A stretch of DNA of 64,000 bases from the NCBI GenBank assembly GCA_013265495.1, contig MU058796.1, positions 62,001-126,000 on the forward strand, read 5' to 3'. Both the position numbers and the translations under genes were made by a program. Below, piece by piece: positions 11,341 through 24,390 of the stretch (within the stretch, counting starts at the first letter, position 1; the number at the start of each line of letters is the position of its first letter). The notes below the pieces were generated by a model. The model saw nothing but the letters and a program-made list of their open reading frames with translations. It did not search any database and was not told the DNA's origin. Source of the stretch: Vicugna vicugna. Taxonomy: Eukaryota.

Positions 11341-13764
11341 AAAATCAAACAAAAGAAAAAAATTCTTTCTTCAAACATGCTTTAGATACTCATTCCCTAG
11401 TCGAGATAGCACTTTACAATCTTCTATTCTCATACTCTTTTATCTTTTTTTGCCCCCTGCACCTTCCTATCCCATATCAAACTTAAAATAATTACTGCAA
11501 ATGCCATTTGGGTATTCTGCGAAATATTTTGGCAACCTTACAATTTATTATGCACCTTTCTTTCATTCTTCTTATTTTGAAATTTACCACTGTTGAAAAC
11601 TTTGTATTTTAGGAATAAAATTTTAAGGGAAAGGACCCTAAATGACAGATAACATTGTTTGATTTCATTAGTGCATAGCCATGACTATGCCACACACCAC
11701 TTGCTCATAGGATGTGTTGCATTAACTGATGCAGTGATTCACCTAGCTGAGAATAGTCTAACAATTACATGTGTTCTCAGATATTTGCAAAGAACAGCGG
11801 AAGCAGAGGTTTGAGACTGACTCAAGTCAATATTTGTAAAACATTTTTGTCCTGTAAACAAAGATTAAACTGAATCCTCAAAGATTTCTGTTAAAAGTAT
11901 CTGATATTATTTTGGAGACAATTTGAACAAAGTTGCCAAAATTTGAATTGAAAGAAAATTGGTGAAGAAGCCAGTATAATAACATGAAATAGTGAAGAGA
12001 AACTAGATGAAAATATTTGAATATGGAATTTTTTTCATAACTATAGAATAGTTTGGACTCCATTAAAAGAATTTTAGGGCCAGATTGCATGGAGGTATAA
12101 AGAAAGCACAGATGCATAGTCTACCAAAGTAAGATATTTCAGTGGCAAAATTTAATGACAATAGAACCATGTTAGTATATTTGACAATGTTAGTGCCTTT
12201 GATATTGCAATTTTAAAATCAGCATTTTATTTTTACATGCAGGCATTTGTTTACACATGTGCATTAGACAGTGTGATTTACATGTTGATTTTGTAGCAAC
12301 AGTATGGATATTCTAACAGCATATCTCTCACATGGAAAGAAAAATCTTGCCCCTTTTTATTGACTTACAACTCAAAGGGATGATTCTAAATAAGCAATGC
12401 CCATTATGTTTTAATGAATTTTCATTAACAAATGCAAAGTTACAAAAATAAAAGTATGTAAAATTAGGGCTGTATTTCCCACCAGATTATGACAATTTAA
12501 AACTTCGTCAAAATTTGACCCTAAATTATTTGATAGTGTCCCTTTAAGCCTTTTAAGGGTCACTTAGAATTTCCATTACAAATCTCCACTTTCAGAAGTT
12601 TAACTGTTGGCAGTTTAAAGTTGCAGGAGTCTGGAACTTATACAAGTTGTCAGACCAGATGTTTCTTATTTATTTGTGTGAGGTTTTTTTTTTTTTTTAA
12701 CCCTTCTTTTCGGTTCCATTCAAAATGTTTCTAAAACTGGCTGGTAACTTCCAAAGTACACAAAAACTAAAAACTTCAAGGTTTTTATTTTTTGGCTCCA
12801 GAGCTATAAATATTTTTATTTAAGAATATGATAATAAGTAGGGAGTTTCTCTCCACTCTACGATAAGAATAAATCCACCCAATTCCTGAATCATTTATAT
12901 GTATGAAAGACAATAAATAAAAATGATTTTTAAATTCCAATGAGAAATAGCAATCAGAATATATAAAGCCAAATGAAAAAAATCCTGTTGAATGGACTGG
13001 CACTTGGCAAGTGTAACAAGAAAAAAAAAAAACTGATTTCAGATTAATTGTGGAAAAGTCCTTGACGTCCTTTTCTCAGCATGTAAAACCTACAAGTAGG
13101 TGGAAGGAGGTTTGAATCCTACAGCGACCATGCTAAATGCTCAGAATCAAGTTCAAGTTAAATAATGTCTTTAGCGCTTACATTGTCTACCCAAAGAGGT
13201 ATTCCTGTTACTGGCTGCACTTGCTTTTTCAGAACCTGAATGACTACACAGGTGACAAAGTTATAAACCTCTTCAAATAACTGGCAAGTGTCTAAGTCAG
13301 TTCAAAAAGATTAAGAGTGGCTCCCTTGTTCTAAAATTATACAAAAGTGCCATTGCACTTTTCAAGCAGTTTGAAAGCCATTCATTTCAGTGGCAGGTAG
13401 CCAAAACACAAAAGCCAGAGAATGGCAGCAGCGATGTCATACAGGCACACACACATGTTTTCCAAAGGCTTGTGCTGCTTCTAACCTCAAAAGGCACAAC
13501 CTCAATGAGTTGCATAGACCAAAGAGTCACTGCAAAGATCTTCACTGAGCGAGTGCGCCCACGTGTACCAGTTTCAGGTCGCTCTCATCCACCAGCACTG
13601 ACCTCCATTTCTTAACTGAGCCTAGATGTCAATGTGAAGGTTGCCACATTGTGGGTGCCTGGATGCCAGTGTGAAGTTGCTGGTAACTGAGTAGAATTTT
13701 CATCATCCCAAGTATCTGACGGACAGGGTCTCAAGATGCCACTGGGCATTCTGATGAACCATAC

Positions 13765-13804
13765 CTGAGCTTTAGTTTCTAAAATCTTCTTGCGGTTTAT
13801 TTAC
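13765..13804 (-). other. 40-nt non-coding (5'UTR-type) internal exon
   Basis: Minus strand reads tttttgtgtcattctcattgctatgttgcag|GTAAATAAACCGCAAGAAGATTTTAGAAACTAAAGCTCAG|gtatgg. Good acceptor, CAG|GTATGG donor, purine-rich GAAGA ESE-like core, no ATG, unique flanks. Confidence 0.65.
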
Positions 13805-14279
13805 CTGCAACATAGCAATGAGAATGACACAAAAATCTAGCAAAATACATACAAGTAAGATTCTAGTTCTTCTTCCTACCCTATGTAGTTAAAATATAAC
13901 TTTGAACAACAAACTTAAGCTCTAGCTGTAAAATCTTGTGTTTAAACAGCTTGAGATGGTGTAAAGAGTAGTTTAAGTCATAGGTTAGGCAGTGTGCTTG
14001 GTCTGGGGGTTCTAGCAAATTCTAGAGTTCTCAGTGAGGGTTGGGCAAACAAGCATAGTCTTGGAAATTTTGGAAAATTCTATTGTACCTCAAAGTTCTA
14101 CCTTAAATTCTTACAGCCAACAATGATTACATAGTGCTGTATAGTAGTTAATATTATATGTCCTTTCTCTCAATTTAAGATGTGCCATATAAGAAAGGAA
14201 AGTAGTATTTTTTTTTAAAGTTTCCTTGGTGAATCTTATGCACCTGTTGAGTTCATAACCACTTCTTTTTGTCTTCTAG

Positions 14280-15620
14280 ACAATTTCAGTGTAAAAAGGA
14301 GAAATACTACATGTAAACAACTTGGTACAATTAAAGCAGTAGCAGTGGAAGTAAAAGGAAAAAGTTTATATCTGACTGGTTGAGTCAAGAAAGACTTTAA
14401 AAATGAGATGACATTTAAATTAATGTTTGAGACAGGAGTAGAAAGATTTAGTCAGGTAAACAAGTCAAGTTAAGGAGTGGGATAGGAAAACAAAACAAAT
14501 ATTTTAAAGATATTCAGAGATAGTAGTGGTGAAACATGAATTGAATGTTGGGAGCTGCAAAGAAGGTTAGCAGCAATGGTAGCTAACATGCAGTTAATAC
14601 TTACTACATAGTGGGCAATACTCCACATTTACATATATATTAGTCAGTGAATCATCACAAGAACCTGATAGCTGGGTGTTATTATCAACCTCACTTTATT
14701 TGCCAGGATTTGTACCCAGGCAGTTTTTCTGCCAGACCCTTGCCCTTGGGTATCACCCATACTGCCAGGAGCAATAAATGAGAATGCGCTACCAGGGAAA
14801 AATAAAAACACCAAGAGCCTTGGATGACATGATGGACAGTTCAAACCAGGTCCTTTTATTCTGCAGATATTAGGAAGCCTTTGAAGGTTTTTGAGCAGAT
14901 GAATGTTGCAATCAGATCTTCTTGTTATTCAAATCAAGAACAGATTGAGGAGGTTCAAGCTTGGAAAGAGAGGGACCAGAGTCTAGGGTACATGTTCTGT
15001 TGGCTGGGCCTCCCATCATACCTAAGCTTATAAAGATGCAGATTTCTGGACTCCAATCCACACCTTCAAACAAGACTTTGAGATAATGGGAATTTCAGTG
15101 AGTGAAATGGCAAGAATATTAGAGGAGGGGGAATTAATTTGGAGAAATATATGTAAAGAAAATTCCACAAGATAGGATGATTGAATGGTAGAGGAAAGAT
15201 GAGGAAGAAAAAGTCTAGGCTGATTCCAAGTTTGATGGTGGAGGCTCATTGGAGAGCAACGTCTTAAAAAAAATTAGAGAATCCAAGAGGGAGAAAAGAG
15301 TGAATATGATGCATTTCAAGTGGCTTTTTGATGATAGTGTGGACGTGACTAGGATGCTGTGGTTCTGAAGTTCCTGAGAGAAGCCTTGGATTCTAAAATT
15401 ACAGATAAGCAGTTGCTAATCAGCAGTGAACTGATGGTAGTTGAAACCATGTGAAAAAGAAAGGGTGCCCTGGAATTAAAACATGTGGAATAAGAGAAGA
15501 GAGTCAAACATGAACCCCTGCAAAGTGTAGCATTTAATGGGTATCAAATGAGGAATCTGAGGAGTGTTGGAAAAGTTGTAAGGTTGGAAAAGGGAGAAAA
15601 ATAGCATGGAAGAATATGGT
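14280..15620 (-). mobile_element. L2 LINE interrupted by a MIR (~14575-14760) and a MER5-like fragment (~14985-15085)
   Basis: 'ggaagcctttgaaggtttttgagcag', 'gatggtagttgaaaccatg' and other purine-rich reverse-L2 motifs. Confidence 0.65.
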
Positions 15621-15689
15621 GTGAGATTGTGGGCATAAAATGACATGGGGGAAAAGAGCATGCACTTGGTATTTCAGCAGAACTAGATT

Positions 15690-15925
15690 TGAATTTATTG
15701 GGTGATTACTATAAGCCAGGCACTGTGTGAGTGCTTTATATGCATTACTTTATTTAATCCTTCCAAATAATCCTACAAGGAAACTGCAATTACCAGTCTC
15801 ATCTCACTGATAGGGTAAATAATCTTAGAGGGGAACTTGCTCAAGGTCATTTAACTAGTTAATGATGAAGCTAAGTGTCTACTTCTTTCCTCGGAGCTAA
15901 ACTCATAATCATATGCCAAACTATG
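15690..15925 (-). mobile_element. MIR SINE
   Basis: 'gccaggcactgtg...atttaatcct...aacttgctcaaggtca'. Confidence 0.65.
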
Positions 15926-15939
15926 TCTGTAAATCCATA

Positions 15940-16410
15940 CTTCAAATGCAAGGACATCCATGTGTTGCTAATCAATGTATTTCTTTGCACCTAACACACC
16001 GCCAGAAATAGAGTAGGTCCTCAATGAACACTGACTGAATAGAAGAAAGGACAAGAATTGAAATATAACGGTTGTCTTTACTCTCATCACCTTGTCTCCT
16101 CCCAGACAGCCTCCCCACTATCCTAATTTGTAAACAACACATCCCTAGTCTCACGTTTAAGTCATGAAACCTTCCTTGTCAGTCCCAGCCAGGGACAAAC
16201 ATCCTCCTTCTCCTGTACTTTATAAAACATTTGTCTGTGCCACTTTCCTAGAATTTACTCTATCTTGTCTTACATAAGCAATTACCTCTTTGGATTCTTA
16301 CGTTTAACCTCAAAAGCAGGATGCAAGGACATTTGTGTACTTCGGCTTCCTCAGGTCAGCTAACTCCATGCCTTTTACCAAACAGGTCCTGGTAGTTGTT
16401 TGCTGACTGA
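15940..16410 (+). mobile_element. L2 3' fragments
   Basis: 'gcacctaacaca...gtaggtcctcaatgaacactgactgaa' and a second degenerate 3' end. Confidence 0.5.
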
Positions 16411-17974
16411 TTTTGCTGGTTAAAATCAAGATATGAAATGGCACTTAATCCATGGCTGTATCACAGATATCACCTTCCTCCCTTCATTATTTTCAGAAAT
16501 ATTCTAAAGGACGTGAAATACAGATTTTAAGAAAAGCAACTGCATAGGAAAAAAAAAATACATGCCAGATATTTACAGTAAGTCTCTCTCAAATTCTTTG
16601 CTACTTACTGTTACAGTAGACAGGCCTTTTCTATGCTTTAATAAATCTCAATTTTCATAGCTTTTATGTCTTACACATTTCAAGTTATATTCAGAAACTT
16701 GGCATACTATTTTCAGAGTTTCAAATATATATACATATGTATATGTATATGTATTTCTCTTCATCTATACATTTCTTTGTATGTATGACCCAAAAAGTAA
16801 ATTACCACATAATACTTCAGGTGCCTAGTTGGATAAGATAAAAGTGAAGGTGTGTAGTTATCCATAAAGGGAACACAACGTCTGCTGGCATTTGAGAAAG
16901 CATTGCTGTCTCAGAAAGTGTGCTGCAGACAGCAGCATGCAGAACCTTTCATGGGAAGAGGAAAGGTGATTAGAAGCAGGTTCAGTCTGGCCCTGCAGCT
17001 TTGCTTGCTCTCACTCACACAGCCACTTCTGAATTCTCACAGGTGTTTTGTGGGCAATCAGACAGCTATTATCTGCCATTACCAGATGTATGGTGACCTA
17101 CTCCCTCTAGACTTGCCCTTGTCACTAAATTTATAACCCCTGAATTAGAGCATTGCTCTGCATTTATACAGATAACATTGACAACCACCTGAGACCTCAT
17201 CTTGTGCAAAATTAAGGAAAATGTTTTCTTATTGCTAACTTTATATGTTTTTTTCCTCCTGGTATTATTCTTTTTATCTTGGGTAGGATATACATGTTGT
17301 TTGCTTAGGAACCATAACCAAATGCTTACCATTGATAATGTAATTATTCTATTGGGTAATGATTTGCCAGTAGGTAGAAATAAAAGGACCTGAAATGACA
17401 CTCAAGGATAATTCTCAAATGCTTCCCTCATGCCCACCCCTGATATTTATACAATTGTTGTCATCAATTAAATTTTAAATGAACTAAAGGAAATTGTATC
17501 ATCTGTAACAGGAATATTAAGAAATTAAGCATGCTAAATTCAACCTAAAATTTCACGGAGTCTTAGGTTCTACCTTGCAAAAAGCTAGCTCCTTTTAGGA
17601 CGAAAAAAAGATTCTCAAATCACATCAAAAAGGGGTGTGGATCAATGAAAACAATATGAGATTTTGCTAGGCATGCTTTCACATTCTGTCTCCTCTGCTT
17701 ACTCTATGACCTTGGGCACATTACTAAGTTTGAAACTGATTTTTGTTGAAGGCGGGGTACTTCAAAAATTAGAAGGCAAGAAAGAATAAGGAGAAAGAAG
17801 TGAGAGGGTCACATCTAATTCTTTGTGAAGGAATCCCTGGTTATTTTCTCAGCGTTACTGAATGACATGTACTGGAGTCTCTTCTGACAGAAGCCTTCTA
17901 AACATCTTATCAGTGGGAAACTTTAGTCTGTCTTCAGGGAGCATTTAGAAGATTTTTGTTTTGGTTTGTTTAGT

Positions 17975-18008
17975 TTTGCTTTGCTTTGCTTTGCTTTGCT
18001 TTGCTTTG
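17975..18008. repeat. (TTTGC)n pentanucleotide repeat
   Basis: Six full units visible. Confidence 0.95.
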
Positions 18009-18534
18009 AAGGCTGTTAAGAGTCACAGATTTCTTTTCATCTAAGGTCCTAGGGACTTAATGCTCATCTGTCCAAGAGATGCTAGATAATGGCCACTAAC
18101 ATCCAAAGACCTTATGAGAAAGAGCGAAAACATAGCAAGACTTGCCATCCTGAGTTGCCTTCCTCTTCAGCCTGGAGGGAAAAACTCTGAAGGAGGAACA
18201 CTGAGTCTTTGGGCATTGCTCATGTTTTGCCTTATCCTTTGTTTCATGATTTATATGCATAGACTGTGAAAGACTAGTATTTTATGATCAGGCTCCCAGA
18301 TTCCCTCTGTCTTCAGTTTTTAGGTTGTCAACATCCTACACTTGAAAATACAGCACCTGCCTCCCCAACGCCTAAGTTTTCATCCTAGGCTCCTTTACAT
18401 TCAGTTGATTGCTTTGCTAAGCCCTAGGTCTACTAAAGTTTTTTGTCTTCACTCTTCTATTACCTGTTTCTTTCAAAGTTTCCAGCAAATTTGTTAAGAT
18501 ATAACTTAATTTTTTTATCTTTTTATTTATTGTT

Positions 18535-18975
18535 ATATAGCATGATGTTGTTAAAAAATTACTGGACTTGGTAAAAAGAAAATCTTAGCACCATTTTGGA
18601 TTTTTTTTTAATGTTAGAAATGTCTTGTTATTTAATATGTACAACAATGATATGAGGTATGTAATAACACCACCATGATTTTACACATGAAATAAATGAA
18701 GCTGGTGGCGGGGGGAATGAGGGACAAGGGGGTTAATGAGTAAGTTGTCTAAGGTCCTATAGTCAGTAACTTATAAAATCTATATACAGACTCAGCTCTC
18801 CTGGCTCTAATGTGCATGCCCTTTTTATTAAACTGTTATGCCTCTGAAGTTATTTAAACTCCTTAAGCCTTAATTCATTCATTTACAAATTGAGAGCTTT
18901 AATCTCTGGGTAGCTCAGAATGCTCTTGTGAAAATCCAGTAAGGGAAAGTGCTTGATAAACATTAAAATATCATA
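18535..18975. mobile_element. MIR with a nested opposite-orientation MIR
   Basis: Reverse MIR motifs at 18650-18840, flanked by forward MIR motifs ('aagttatttaaactccttaagcct', 'aaagtgcttgataaac'). Confidence 0.5.
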
Positions 18976-19714
18976 GAAATACAGGGTAATAATAAAGTAA
19001 ATTAGCAAATGCTAAGTAGTAATCATTTTCCTATAAGTCATTATACATGCTAAACTAAAAGGCACTTAATATTAGCCATTTTTACTTAGAAGAATGAAGC
19101 CCCCAAGTGTGGAAATTAAATTTCTAATTCCCTTGTCAACATAATTAAAAAAATAATAATCACAAAAGCTAATTTATAGAAACAGGGTAAATTTTACACT
19201 TTTAAAACTGTGTGACAGAGGGTGAATTTCCAAGGCTATGTGGGGAAAGACAGATTTTTCATAAGCAGGTATGAGAATATTTTTCCCACACCATGTGAAT
19301 AAGGTGCAGTGAGAGAAAGCAGTGACCTTGCCTCTCTTGAAATGAATGTGCCGTGATGACTAAGACAAAGACGCCTTTGCACGTCCTGTGTGCTCAGGAT
19401 AAAGTACTAGTATTGAATCTAGATTTTCCAGAAGTTGATGGTGTCCTAGATTTCTATGGTATCAAATTCAGTCTGAATCCCTGAATAATCCCAATTTAAA
19501 AATACATATCTTGTGCTGCGGAAATGCTGCTTCTGTGCTTATCTCTTCAAAGATACAGTATATATGAAATTTTCTTTCTGGTGAAAATTTCATTGATAGT
19601 TTTATTAATTCCTATTGGTATAGTTAAAAATCAGCCTGAATAAAACAGCCTTTTTTCCCCCTTGTATTTAGAGATTTAATAATTCTTGTCACTTTAAGAA
19701 TCATGAAGATATTT

Positions 19715-20150
19715 GATTTTTATTAAGCACCTACTGTTGTCCTCTCCTGGCTACAACTGTGAGTGAAACAGACCTGTTTAAATTATAGTGGGAAAGAAAA
19801 ATAATAAGCAAGTATACAAGTATATGATTAGAAATTTAAGTAAGTGCTTTATAGGAGAACTGCCAGGTGATAGGAGAGAGATTTGCTCAGTAGGATAAAG
19901 AAGAGCCCTGAAGAAGTGATGCTTGAACTGAAATCTGAAAAATGGGCAGGAATTATTTACAGGAAGGAGATGGAGGAGGAGGAGGAGAGAAACAAATTCA
20001 AGGAAATGGAAACAGCATATTTAAAAGCCCTGATGTGGAAGAGCCTTTGGTTCTCCTAAAAAGATGAAAAACAAACAGGGAATGGGGAGCAGGGGGAGGT
20101 TGACATACAGATGAAGGCTAGATCATGTTAAGCACAGGTAGTTTTTTGAA
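19715..20150 (-). mobile_element. L2 LINE fragment
   Basis: 'tttattaagcacctact', 'gaagaagtgatgcttgaactgaaatctgaa' and 'aacagcatatttaaaagccctga'. Confidence 0.7.
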
Positions 20151-20769
20151 TAAGAGCAACAAATATCTAGGCTTTAAAAGTAACTGTGTTAGCTTAATAC
20201 TTACTATTAATTACTTTATTCCTGATATATTTTCTGAGTATCTGCCATTGTGAAGCATTACACTGCAAGGCTGACTAGAGACAGAACAAGAAATGAGACA
20301 GAAAATGCTCTGTCCACATAGAGCTTACAGTGTAGTTTCAGTCCGTCTTTTGTTACCTATGTTCTTCAGATAAGAAGGAACTTCAAGTTTTTATTTAAAT
20401 CCTAAATTTCAATAGTAGCCATTTCTATCTTATATTTCAGTCATTCATTCTTTCATTCATTTTGTGTCCTCCAATCTGGGAAAAATGATGACTCTTTAGA
20501 AAATAAAATGCAAAATAAAATACATTTCTGGTTACACTTTTAAAGAGAAGCTCCACAAACCATCTCTATATATAGATTATTCTACTTTATGAACCAATTC
20601 ATAAATAAACTTACTAATAAACTGAAGTATATTTTATAAGTCAGGATGTGTGTATATCGGAGAAAGCGTGATTTAGACCTAGCTCTAACTAGACTTTTAG
20701 ACTAGGTTTTGTTCCCAAATCTACTTTGTGTTTACTGAAGATTCATAATTGCTCTACTCATTCTTTTTT

Positions 20770-20820
20770 TTAAAAATCAGTTTATTTTTTATTAAAGTAT
20801 AGTTGATTTACAATGTTGCC
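20770..20820 (-). mobile_element. Extremely 5'-truncated L1 insertion (~51 nt) with 11-bp TSD
   Basis: Minus strand CAACATTGTAAATCAACTATACTTTAATAAAAAA is an L1 3' terminus. TSD cattctttttt at 20759-20769 and 20821-20831. Confidence 0.75.
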
Positions 20821-21159
20821 CATTCTTTTTTCCACTAGATTACAGATGTCTACAGCGATGTGGCTGTAAGTTACCAGTAGGTGTGAGAGGAACTCTCTGG
20901 GGGATTCATAAGTGATTTCTTCTGTGTAAATAGCTAAAATAGTCACTAATAATATGACACTCATCAAGTCATGGTCTTTGGAAATACTAATTGCTTTGTT
21001 TGGTTATGAAGTTTTAAGCTGTATTCCTAATGTTTTCTGCATTCTTCTGCCACTAATCACTAGAGGGAGAAGATGAGAAAGAGTGCAAGTGTATCACCAC
21101 CCTAAGTGGTATATGGGAGGAAGGATTAGGACATGCCTCATAGGTTTATAAAGTTTCTA

Positions 21160-22140
21160 TTTTCAGCCTTGATCTTGCCTCTGAGCTTCAGCATTGTCTG
21201 TCCAACAGCATACTTGTCATCTTCATCTCTGCCTAAATATCTAATAGAAGTCTCAAGCTGAACATGCTAAGCAGAACGTTTTACCCACATAAATCCCCTT
21301 ACTCCCAATCTCCTAATCTTCCACGCTCAATGAGAGAAGCCACCATTCACTTTCTCCAGCCAAAAGCTTATGATTCATCCTAGATTTCTCTGTTGCCCTC
21401 ATCCTTCCAGCATTCAATCCATTGCGAAGTGCTTTTAATTCTACTTCAAAAATTTATCCAGAATTTATCTTCACAGCCATCCCTCACTAATATGATAGAT
21501 AATAATCCTTTGTCCACACATCTTCCAGGGTGATCGTTTTATGATAATAATCAAATTGTATCACCCCTTAACTTAAAACTCTCTAATTGCTTTCTATTTG
21601 AATGAAATCTTGACGTTCAACAAGGCTTCCAAGACTCTGTATGATCTACTCTTTGCCTAGTTCTCCCACTTCCCTTCATCCCATGCTTTCCATTTGTAGT
21701 AACAAACTTCACTCACAGTAGCTATTTTACTGTTCCTTGAACAAATCAACTGGGCCTTTGGATTTGCTGTTCCTTGTACTTGGAACTCTTTGCCCTTAAA
21801 TTTTTGTTTGACTGTTTTCTTCTTGTGGGTCATGCAGTTGTCAGCTCTAGTATTATTTCATCAAAGAGACCTTTCCCAACCACAGATACCTTGCAGTATT
21901 TTGCTCATCCAAATCATTCTCTATAATTTTATCCAGTTTTATTTTCGGTATTATTATTACTATGTTTTTGTAAATGTGCTTACTTTCTGTCTATTCCAAG
22001 TAAACTATAAATTTCATGAGAATAGAAACCATCTTTTTCATGCCTATATTTCTAATACCTGGGAAAGTGATCTATAAATATTTGTTAAAAGGAAGGAAGA
22101 AAAAAAAAGAAGGAAGAAGGGAAGGAACAAAGGAACAAAT
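21160..22140 (+). mobile_element. L2a-type LINE 3' portion
   Basis: 'ctctgagcttcag...tccaacagcatactt...ctcaagctgaacatg', 'gggcctttggatttgctgttcct' and terminal 'taaatatttgttaaa'. Confidence 0.8.
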
Positions 22141-24059
22141 GAAAACAAAAAGAGAACACACAGCCAATGTGTCCAGTAAAACAAGTTAGCTTCCCTTATC
22201 TTTCATATTCACTCTTCCATCTAGATATAATGTAAGGAAAACATTGTGCTCAAAGAACTCCAAAAACATTTTAATGCACCCCGAGGAAAAAGGCAACTTA
22301 CCTAAAATCTGCATGGAATCATCGAGTAGTAAATCTGTGGATAAAAGAGAAATGCAAATGACAAAAAAAAAAAAACAGAAAAAAAAAGATCTAATTTTGC
22401 ACTGTTAAGCAATGTTAGTTGCATTATCTTGTTTTCCCTTTAGTTTTACTTAGAAAAAAAAAAGAAAGAAAAGAAAGAAGAAGGAAAGACAGCAAACCAC
22501 AACGACGACTCAAATGCATCTTTATTCTGTAGGGGGATCATTCATTAGATGATGGACTGGGCTACATTTTCACAGCATGTATTGTTCCCTCTGACTGGAG
22601 CTCCATTGATTACTAAGTCTCTAAACTGCCATTTTGGAGACTGCTGAGTGCAAATATTATAATGCCATTTGGGATACCCTAACGTGCCTTTTACAAAAGT
22701 AGTCTTTCAGTAATACTCAGACTTCCCCTGATTGGGGTTTGGACTACATTCTTGCTGAGAAGAGATGGCTCTGCTAGGTCTTATGCTTTATTTTCAGCAC
22801 TTTAAATTTGACAAATCATATCAGAGTTCTTGTCCAGGACTTCGTTGACTCTACACAGGGTGGCCCAAAGCCTTGGAGAAGTCCATGGGTAAGTGCTCTC
22901 TAAGGACGAAAACTCTGTGCTATAAATCACTGTATCACAAAGGAGACTGGTGCATTAGAGACACTCAATACATGTTTGTTGAATGAATAAGTAAATCAAT
23001 ATTAATTTCTACTTTCTTAGTAAGAAGAATGAGCAATCTGCCTTGTCAATCTGATTTTCTGCGTGAGGCACTTGAGAGTGAAATAGAAACTTCCTTTAGA
23101 ATTCCAAAAGCTATGAACACTTTCTTTTCCTTCATTTTTTTATACAATAAATGTTTATTAACCACCTATTATATGGAAGGGCATTGGAATGAACACAAAG
23201 CAATTTAGAATTTTTCTGCCCTCAAAGGACACCTATTTAGAGACAACCCTGAGAAGACCCCTACCTGTCTTTAGAACTTTTTTCTGCCTCCCCTACAATA
23301 ATTCCCTGTTCTAGTAGAGTTCACAATGTTTTTTTTCAGAACCAAATTCTGTAATACTGCTGCCTTCCATTCCTGGAAAGCCCGTGGTCCTCCTGGTTTA
23401 TCTTTAGTTAAAGACATGCAGTCTGTTCGTCCTTCAAGCTTTAATAGACCCTGTCACTGGTTTGAGGTATCTCAAGAAGCTAAGAATTAAATGGTACTCG
23501 TTTGGCCCTCCATAGGATTGCTTTCTCCAAGATACTTTAGTGTAGTGTCCTAGGTTTTCATTAAGCATTCCTACAGTAAAATGCCATCGATATCTTACCA
23601 TGACATTTAATATAGGGAACATTTTTTAGCATGGCTTGTTTTCATTATACCACTTTGTGCCCCCTCTCTTTATAAAATGTCACATGACAAGATTTTTTAA
23701 AACTAAAAACTGAGTAAATCCTTGCTTTTCCCAAATAATTCTTTTCATTATGTTTAAGGTTAATCTTGCAGCATTTGCAGCTGCCTTTTTTACTTTTTGG
23801 GGGGTTATCAGAAAGCTTAGAGTTGGGAATGCAACCAAACTTTAGTCATTGGGTGGAATTGCATTGTCCTCCTATCACTATGCTAACTTCTCCACAAGAT
23901 GAGGAAATAGGGGTCTCTAAATTTACAGTCATTTTTGTTAAATGGAAGCTAATTTCAAAATATATAAAGCATAATTTTCACTTTTTGCAGGGAATAGAAC
24001 AGCGATCAGTACAGATCAAAAAGTATCTGTCCTCATAGAATTATATTCCTTGTATTTTT

Positions 24060-24390
24060 CCTTACTATTTTTTAACTAAAAGAAGTGAGGGAAGAATTTC
24101 CATCCTTTGATCACTCCAAAGATCACATATGGCTAATTTTTTTTTACATTTTCTTAGAATTTGTTTAAATACAAATTTTTTTCCATGTTACTGAAATCTC
24201 TTCTCAAATTATCAAGTGATGTTCCATTAAGTGGATATACCAAATTTACTTAACCTACCCTAACATCTAAAATACAGGTCGTTTCCTGCCTTTTAATCAT
24301 TGTAACTTGTTACATTTTGACTATCAAAATATAGAATTTTTCTACCACTTTTCTTGGATTATTCCAAACACACAAATATATCACTTTAAT
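24060..24390 (-). mobile_element. Old L1M 3' fragment
   Basis: 'ttccattaagtggatataccaaatttacttaacc...ggtcgtttcc'. Confidence 0.5.

Noticed and set aside
16497..16577. Plus-strand exon-like segment (ttttcag|...ACA|gtaagt)
   Set aside because: Stops in all three frames, isolated, and opposite to the other candidates. An antisense lncRNA exon cannot be excluded but is unsupported.
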